Origin: Parcubacteria group bacterium Licking1014_17 | GTDB lineage: Bacteria; Patescibacteriota; Minisyncoccia; 2-02-FULL-40-12; IGHO2-01-FULL-4-A | DNA length: 64,000 nt | Direction of reading: 5' to 3' | Assembly: GCA_007376485.1 (NCBI GenBank) | Contig: VMGJ01000003.1 | Span: forward strand, 17,252 to 81,251 | Shown here: positions 58,555 to 64,000 of the stretch, piece after piece | How positions within the stretch are numbered: the first letter of the stretch is position 1 | Layout: each line of letters starts with the position of its first letter | Program-made: the position numbers and the translations under genes | The notes under the pieces: model-generated | Told to the model about the DNA's origin: nothing | Database searches by the model: none | The model's input: the letters and a program-made list of their open reading frames with translations, nothing else

Positions 58555-60357
58555 CTACTTTTTTAGCATCTGGATAAAAACCGAATGGGGGATGTTCACT
58601 TTCCCCGATTCTTTCATGCGCTTTTTGCCCTTTTTCTGCTTTTCAAGCAGTTTTTTCTTGCGGGTTATGTCGCCGCCGTAAAGATAACCGGTTACGTCTT
58701 TTCTCATGGCGCTCAATGTTTCCCTGGCTACAATTTTTCCGCCGATTGCCGCCTGAACGGAAACCGCGAAAAGCTGGCGGGGGAGTATCTTTTTCAATTT
58801 TTCCACAATCCGCCGGCCTTCGTCGTAAGCGTTTTTTTCCGGCACGACTCTTGAAAACGGCTCTACTCTCTCGCCCGCTATTAAAATATCAAGGCGGACC
58901 AGATTCGCCTCCTCCCAGCCGTCTTCCTCGTAATCCATCGATGCGTAGCCGGAGCTGATACTTTTCAGTTTGTCGTAAAATTCCGTAATAATTTCCGAAA
59001 GCGGTACGCGATACTCCAGAATAATCACCTCATGCCCAAGATAGCTCGTGGCGATATAACGGCTTCGGATTTCCGACATCAGATTCATCAAGGCGCCCAG
59101 ATAACTTGAAGGGCTTAAAAGTTTAAGTTTAATCATCGGCTCCTCTATTTTTTTAATTAAATTGGGGTCGGGGATTAATGAAGCCGATCGGATTTTAACC
59201 GCTTCGCCGTTATTGGTGATTACATGGTATTCAACCGACGGCGTGGAAATTATAAGCGACAAATCAAACTCCCGGCGCAGGCGTTCGCTCACGATTTCCA
59301 CGTGCAGCATCCCCAGAAATCCCAGCCGGAATCCCCTGCCGAGCGCCGGCGAAGATTCGGGTTCGTATGTCAGCGAAGCATCGGTAAGTTTTAATTTTCC
59401 CAAGGCGTCTCTTAGCCCGTCATAGCTTTCGCTGTTCTCGGGATAAAAACTGGCAAAAACCATCGGCTTCGGTTCTTTGTAGCCCGGCAATGCCAGTGAA
59501 GCCCGCTCGTTTTCATTAAAATCGCCGGCTATGGTGTCGCCCACCCTGACCTGCCCGACATTTTTCAGCCCGGTAGCGATGTATCCGATGTCTCCCGCTT
59601 TGATTTCCGAATCCTTCCTCAATTCCGGCGCGAAATAGCCGACCTCGATCACTTCGCCGCCCGCCCGTGAAGACACCAGTTTTATCGTATTGCCCGCTTT
59701 CAAACTCCCGTCAAAAACGCGCGCGTAAGCAATCACCCCCTTGAACTTATCAAAAACGGAATCAAAAATTAGGGCGCGAAAAGTTTTTATTTCCGATTCC
59801 CGCGGGGGCGGAACTTTTTCAATCACTTCTTGGAGAACTTTTTCCACCCCTTCTCCGCTTTTGGCGGAAATTCTAAGAATATCCTTTGATTCTATTCCGG
59901 TAAGCACGTTAATTTCTTCTTCAACTTCTTTGACTCTGACGTTCACGAGGTCAATTTTATTTATAACGGGAATAATCACCAGCCCCTGCTTTTTCGCGTG
60001 GCTGTAATTCGCCAGCGTCTGCGCCTGGACCCCTTTTGTCGCGTCAACCAGAAGAATCGCGCCCTCAACGGCGGCTAACGACCGCGAAACCTCGTATGAA
60101 AAATCTACATGCCCGGGGGTATCTATGAGGTTTAATATATATCCCTCGGTGCCAGTAGAATAGCGCATCCTCACCGGCTGGAGTTTAATGGTAATCCCCC
60201 GCTCCCGCTCAAGTTCCATTGAATCAAGATACTGGGCGTGCATCGCCCTTTTTTCAATCGTCCCCGTCAATTCCAAAAACCTGTCCGCCAGAGTGGACTT
60301 GCCATGGTCAATGTGCGCTATAATGCAGAAGTTTCGAATTCTTTCGGAATCGTTCAC
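58555..60357 (-). CDS. lepA: elongation factor 4 (LepA)
   Basis: The N-terminus IRNFCIIAHIDHGKSTLADRFLE, DTPGHVDF and the characteristic LepA C-terminal domain ...RKKKLLEKQKKGKKRMK are all present. Confidence 0.92.
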   Translation of the reverse strand: MNDSERIRNFCIIAHIDHGKSTLADRFLELTGTIEKRAMHAQYLDSMELERERGITIKLQPVRMRYSTGTEGYILNLIDTPGHVDFSYEVSRSLAAVEGAILLVDATKGVQAQTLANYSHAKKQGLVIIPVINKIDLVNVRVKEVEEEINVLTGIESKDILRISAKSGEGVEKVLQEVIEKVPPPRESEIKTFRALIFDSVFDKFKGVIAYARVFDGSLKAGNTIKLVSSRAGGEVIEVGYFAPELRKDSEIKAGDIGYIATGLKNVGQVRVGDTIAGDFNENERASLALPGYKEPKPMVFASFYPENSESYDGLRDALGKLKLTDASLTYEPESSPALGRGFRLGFLGMLHVEIVSERLRREFDLSLIISTPSVEYHVITNNGEAVKIRSASLIPDPNLIKKIEEPMIKLKLLSPSSYLGALMNLMSEIRSRYIATSYLGHEVIILEYRVPLSEIITEFYDKLKSISSGYASMDYEEDGWEEANLVRLDILIAGERVEPFSRVVPEKNAYDEGRRIVEKLKKILPRQLFAVSVQAAIGGKIVARETLSAMRKDVTGYLYGGDITRKKKLLEKQKKGKKRMKESGKVNIPHSVFIQMLKK

Positions 60358-60414
60358 AGCAATAAATTAACACGTTTCCGGAATATGATAAAGACTTTTT
60401 AATTGGCGGAATTT

Positions 60415-62892
60415 TTACTTGAATTCCACCGAGAATTGGCGGTCGGTTTCGAGGTCTGACGAGGAGAAGGCGATGGTTTCTTTTACGCGCATCAAGGGAT
60501 CGTTTGAAGTGATAATTTTGTCGTCTGGCGCTTCTATTGAATAATTAATTTTATCTTTGTTCGTGCCCGGCTGTTTTTGCCACAAAAGATTGTAATTCGC
60601 GTTCTTCATCGCGAGAGCTAAGGGTACTTTGTAGGTAATCCTGACGCCTTGCGTGTTTTTCGGCAGGATATTCATCCAGAAGCCGAAAACGGTCTTGCCG
60701 GATTCTTCAAACACGTCCGCGCCGTAAATCGGCTGGCTGATGGTGGCTTCAAGCGCCGCCAGGTCTGGATCAACGGTAAAATTCTTGCCCGCATATTTAA
60801 CCAGTGGCTTGATGGAAACAATGGATTCGCCCTCGATATTTTCCAAGGTACTGCCTCTGGGCACGTAAACTCTCACGTAAGAGCTGTTCTCCGTATTGTA
60901 AAATTTATGATTTTTGTCGCCGCCGTTATGCTGGCGGTAAATAGAGAGCATATGGAGGGCGTTGTTACCGACGATACTAACGTCAAGTTTCATGGAATTT
61001 TCCGTCACCGCGTCCGCCTTTGAGCCCTTTATATTCGTAAAATTAACCTGCAGATAATCGCCGCCCGAATCGGCAATCGCTCCCGCCGCCCCCAGTTTTT
61101 CGACTGCTTTTTGCAGAGAAGCGTCTTTGAAATAGGCAAGGGCGTGTTTTTCTTGAACGTCCCCGATTATCGCCGTCATTAAATCACGCCACTGTTCCTT
61201 GCCCTGCCCGGCGAATTTTTCAAAAAGTTTCGGCTGTAAATCTTTCAATATCTGTTTGGGTCTGTCCCTGTTGCCCTTGTTTTCAACGACATCCTGGACT
61301 TCGGCGACAAAATTATCAGTCGTGAGGGTCAAATTGTAATCGGGCATTTCAATCGGGCCGGTAATTTTCAGGATATCGGTAATCAATTTGGGAGTAATCG
61401 CGAAAACGCCGCTGACTTTCTGCCCGTCTTCCTTTTCAAAATATTCGGCGAATTTTTTGGCGGAAGCGGAGAAATCAGCGAACCAGCCGACATCGCGCAT
61501 CGCCCATGTCTGGGTTATGCCCTGAAGCTGTTTCGGCGGGATAATTTTTTCTTTCATTTGCCCGTCCGGATTGTAAATATCGTCAACCTTGACGAAAGCC
61601 AGATAGCCCTTGTCGAACGTCAGCAGAGCGTAGCTTCCGGGAAATCCGCCCGTAGGCCTTAGTTCGCTGTTATTCTGCATAAGCATCAAATACGTAACGG
61701 GACCTCTTTCGCCCAAAAAATTCAAAGCCAAATTGGAATAATCAACGGCGTTATTTATATATGAAGAAAATTCAGGAAGCTTGTCTTTGAAACCAATAAA
61801 AGTTTCTCTTTCGCTTTCCGGAATAATTGACGCGCTGACGCCCGCCAGCAGGTCTTTGGCGTTTTCTATATCAACCGCCGCCTCCGCGAGGGAATTTTTC
61901 AGGTCATTGATGAATTTCACCGGCGGATTGGCACTCGACGTTTCCGGAGAAGTCATTATCTTCAGCAGATTTGTCGTGTATAAGACATCCAGCGACTGGG
62001 ATAAAATCTTTCCGGCTTCGGACAGGTTTTTACCCGCTTCCATAAGATTTCTCGCCGAAACGACTTTATCAACGCCGGGAATAGCGCTAAGCGAACTTAT
62101 AATACTGGCTCCGAACATATTCATCGTTCGCGACGCCGATTCAAGCTCCGACTCCGCTTTGGCGAAATTATCGGCGGCGGCTTTGAAATCAAAAGCGGCG
62201 AGATTTTCTTTCGCCTGGCTAAAACTATTCATCGCGCTCAAACCTTTGCCGACGATGCCATGAATGGCTCTCGTCGCTCCGAAGTAGCCGAGACAGCCGA
62301 TTAGTACCAGCGATGCCGCGATTGGCACTAATATTTTCAACCTGTATCTCAAAGCGCTCCTGTCTTTGGGAATCAAAACAGCCGGATGATTATCCACGAA
62401 AGTTTTTGTCTCTCTTTTTCTTTGCAAAAGTTTTCCCAGACGCGCCATTGACGGTTTAAACCACGCGAGGCATGGTTCGTACTCGGGTTCGGGTAATATT
62501 GTGCGACGTGAGGGGAATGTGGCGACGGCTTCTGGTATAGCTGGCGCGACTGCCGCCAAAGAAGCAACGGTTGCGATTCTCTCTCTGGCTTTCTGCCTTC
62601 CCGTTAGTTCCTTATCCGTGACCGCTTTTCCAATCCGCACCGCTCCCCCGTATTTTATTAATTCCGACAAATCGGCTGTCGGCTCGTTAATCAATTGGCA
62701 AAATTCTTCCGAAACCATCTGCTTCATAGCGTGCTTGCTGGCGTGCGAAACTCCCGGCTTAACAGCGCCTTTGTATTTATTATTTGTCTTATCTTCTCTC
62801 TTCTCCGGCTTAGTTGCCTCAATCTCCTGTTCTTTCACATACGAAGCCAAAACCACCATCGGTTCGCCAGTGGGTATAATATCGAACATCAT
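60415..62892 (-). CDS. large membrane-anchored protein (single TM ~aa 185-205 counted from the MMFD start, large extracytoplasmic domain), unknown function. The ORF is open to 63075, but the first 61 codons overlap a highly structured element, so the start at 62892 is preferred
   Basis: 886-aa ORF. The N-terminal 61 codons (MSTIERSECLDKGWQPNQ...CGFCCI) have non-protein-like composition and coincide with nested perfect palindromes. MMFDIIPTGEP is the next start. 57 bp upstream of lepA on the same strand. Confidence 0.5.
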   Translation of the reverse strand: MMFDIIPTGEPMVVLASYVKEQEIEATKPEKREDKTNNKYKGAVKPGVSHASKHAMKQMVSEEFCQLINEPTADLSELIKYGGAVRIGKAVTDKELTGRQKARERIATVASLAAVAPAIPEAVATFPSRRTILPEPEYEPCLAWFKPSMARLGKLLQRKRETKTFVDNHPAVLIPKDRSALRYRLKILVPIAASLVLIGCLGYFGATRAIHGIVGKGLSAMNSFSQAKENLAAFDFKAAADNFAKAESELESASRTMNMFGASIISSLSAIPGVDKVVSARNLMEAGKNLSEAGKILSQSLDVLYTTNLLKIMTSPETSSANPPVKFINDLKNSLAEAAVDIENAKDLLAGVSASIIPESERETFIGFKDKLPEFSSYINNAVDYSNLALNFLGERGPVTYLMLMQNNSELRPTGGFPGSYALLTFDKGYLAFVKVDDIYNPDGQMKEKIIPPKQLQGITQTWAMRDVGWFADFSASAKKFAEYFEKEDGQKVSGVFAITPKLITDILKITGPIEMPDYNLTLTTDNFVAEVQDVVENKGNRDRPKQILKDLQPKLFEKFAGQGKEQWRDLMTAIIGDVQEKHALAYFKDASLQKAVEKLGAAGAIADSGGDYLQVNFTNIKGSKADAVTENSMKLDVSIVGNNALHMLSIYRQHNGGDKNHKFYNTENSSYVRVYVPRGSTLENIEGESIVSIKPLVKYAGKNFTVDPDLAALEATISQPIYGADVFEESGKTVFGFWMNILPKNTQGVRITYKVPLALAMKNANYNLLWQKQPGTNKDKINYSIEAPDDKIITSNDPLMRVKETIAFSSSDLETDRQFSVEFK

Positions 62893-62939
62893 TATATCGC
62901 TCTCGAATTTTTCTTCCACTGGATTAATTATACAACAAA

Positions 62940-63116
62940 ATCCACAAAGCACTTGTGGATGAAAGGGCGTTCGCCGATATGCTTTTTCGGGACTGGATTT
63001 TCTCCAGCGAAGAAAATCCATCTGGTTAGGTTGCCACCCCTTGTCAAGACATTCGCTTCGCTCAATCGTTGACAAGACCCTGCTGGCGGCAACCTAAGCA
63101 GCCCGAAAAAGCATAT
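62940..63116 (-). promoter_or_regulatory. highly structured 5' leader: a three-way-junction fold (15-bp outer stem enclosing two hairpins), followed on the transcribed strand by an 8-bp hairpin plus a U-tract (candidate attenuator or riboswitch-like element)
   Basis: Outer stem ATATGCTTTTTCGGG (62977-62991) / CCCGAAAAAGCATAT (63102-63116). Inner hairpins GGATTTTC/GAAAATCC and TTAGGTTGCC/GGCAACCTAA, the latter with an inner CTTGTCAA/TTGACAAG stem. Terminator-like ATCCACAA-agcac-TTGTGGAT (62940-62960) is followed by UUUUGUUGU on the minus-strand RNA. Confidence 0.45.
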
Positions 63117-63175
63117 TGGCTCACTTACTGTTTTATTTGTTACCAAAATCTCCGCTATTGTTTCGAATTGAGATA

Positions 63176-63216
63176 ATTTATAAAAAGAAAAGGGCTGGAG
63201 TTTTTAATTCCAGCCC
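63176..63216 (-). terminator. rho-independent terminator of the 63237..63713 gene
   Basis: Minus strand: GGGCTGGA-attaaaaac-TCCAGCCC followed by TTTTCTTTTTAT. Confidence 0.65.
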
Positions 63217-63236
63217 GCGGGCCAAGAACCGAAAAG

Positions 63237-63713
63237 TTACTTATGGGAGAGAATTATGCAGCCGGGACCTAAGCCTGCGTAGCGAGGGTGCACGATGGAA
63301 ATGGCACGGACGCGCCACCAACGGTGAAGCAAGCCCCAGCGCGCATGTACAGCCCAAGGAATTCCTCTTCTGTCCTCGATATACGCAAGTAATCCTCCCC
63401 AGCCTTTGGGCTGGATCTTGACAAATTCATAGAAGTGGGCAAGTTTTATGATACGCTTTTCGGGACTCAGCTCGTCCATGATTTCGTAACTAAGGGAAGG
63501 TCGAGTTATACTGCCGAGTATTATCTCCGCTGGTCCGATATCTTCCTCAATAAGATCCAGGAAATTTTCCTCGAAATTGTTTTCGAGAGAAAATTTAATT
63601 CCGTCTGAGTTTCTAGGCCCGAAAGTGTCTTTGGCGACAAAACGTTTACAACCGGGGATTTTAATATCTACCACGATAATTCTCCTCTCAAGAGTGGTCA
63701 TAGAAAGCCACAA
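63237..63713 (-). CDS. hypothetical protein
   Basis: 158-aa ORF with a proper terminator. No recognisable motifs. Confidence 0.4.
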   Translation of the reverse strand: MWLSMTTLERRIIVVDIKIPGCKRFVAKDTFGPRNSDGIKFSLENNFEENFLDLIEEDIGPAEIILGSITRPSLSYEIMDELSPEKRIIKLAHFYEFVKIQPKGWGGLLAYIEDRRGIPWAVHARWGLLHRWWRVRAISIVHPRYAGLGPGCIILSHK

Positions 63714-63902
63714 AGATACAGTGTTTTTGCATTTTAAAAAAACAACTTACCAAGAACTACATACAAACAAAAAAGGGAGTTGTCGTCAAGTAAACGGACT
63801 GATGTCCTATGGCATTACCACAAAGCCCCAACCCTCAATTTAAAACTTCTGCGGAGATTTTGAATCAAATAGAGGAGCGAACAGCGGAAAGCCGAGTCCG
63901 AA

Positions 63903-63936
63903 AGCCAGCCCCCACCGGCGCGCCGGTGGGGGCTGG
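63903..63936. repeat. 34-bp perfect G+C-rich palindrome GCCAGCCCCCACCGGCG|CGCCGGTGGGGGCTGGC, tip of a longer imperfect rod
   Basis: Direct reading. The flanking GCGG/CCGC and CCGAG/CUCGG pairs extend the helix. The window ends at 64000. Confidence 0.5.
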
Positions 63937-64000
63937 CGAGGGAATGCTCGGAAGGTATTCCGCGTATGTGAACGACGAATATTTGCCAAAATCGAAGCTC

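Overview
AT-rich, gene-dense window with compact, often overlapping genes and few obvious Shine-Dalgarno sites. The composition and gene content are consistent with a small-genome bacterium, possibly Patescibacteria/CPR-like; this is a low-confidence inference. About 43 kb, at 1-43411 and almost all on the minus strand, is a cell-surface glycan locus. It encodes GDP-fucose synthase, methyltransferases, a YfhO-like protein, LicC-like nucleotidyltransferases, a HAD hydrolase and a class II aldolase. It also holds a frameshifted GtrA-membrane-PRK-kinase fusion, a complete nonulosonic-acid cluster (NeuB, NeuC and PseB-like enzymes, two aminotransferases, an acetyltransferase and a CMP-transferase), and then nine GT4, three GT2 and several GT-C/PMT-like membrane glycosyltransferases, one with TPR repeats. 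Downstream are two paralogous large Ser/Thr/Gly-rich secreted proteins of 705 and 1217 aa. They share a conserved C-terminus and a duplicated bidirectional terminator. A two-gene module (membrane-anchored protein plus a regulator with a C-terminal winged helix) is bracketed by dense TGTCA/TGTCGC repeat arrays, including five tandem 11-bp iterons, and a long AT-rich non-coding stretch. After htrA comes a roughly 2.8 kb insert that is clearly richer in G+C than its surroundings. It carries a putative Pol-beta-fold nucleotidyltransferase gene and a large serine recombinase gene. Each gene is bounded by its own pair of about 95-bp inverted repeats, and the recombinase reading frame runs straight through those repeats. 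The window ends with lepA, a large membrane-anchored protein whose 5' leader is highly structured, and a GC-rich palindrome at the edge. No rRNA, tRNA or CRISPR arrays were recognised.
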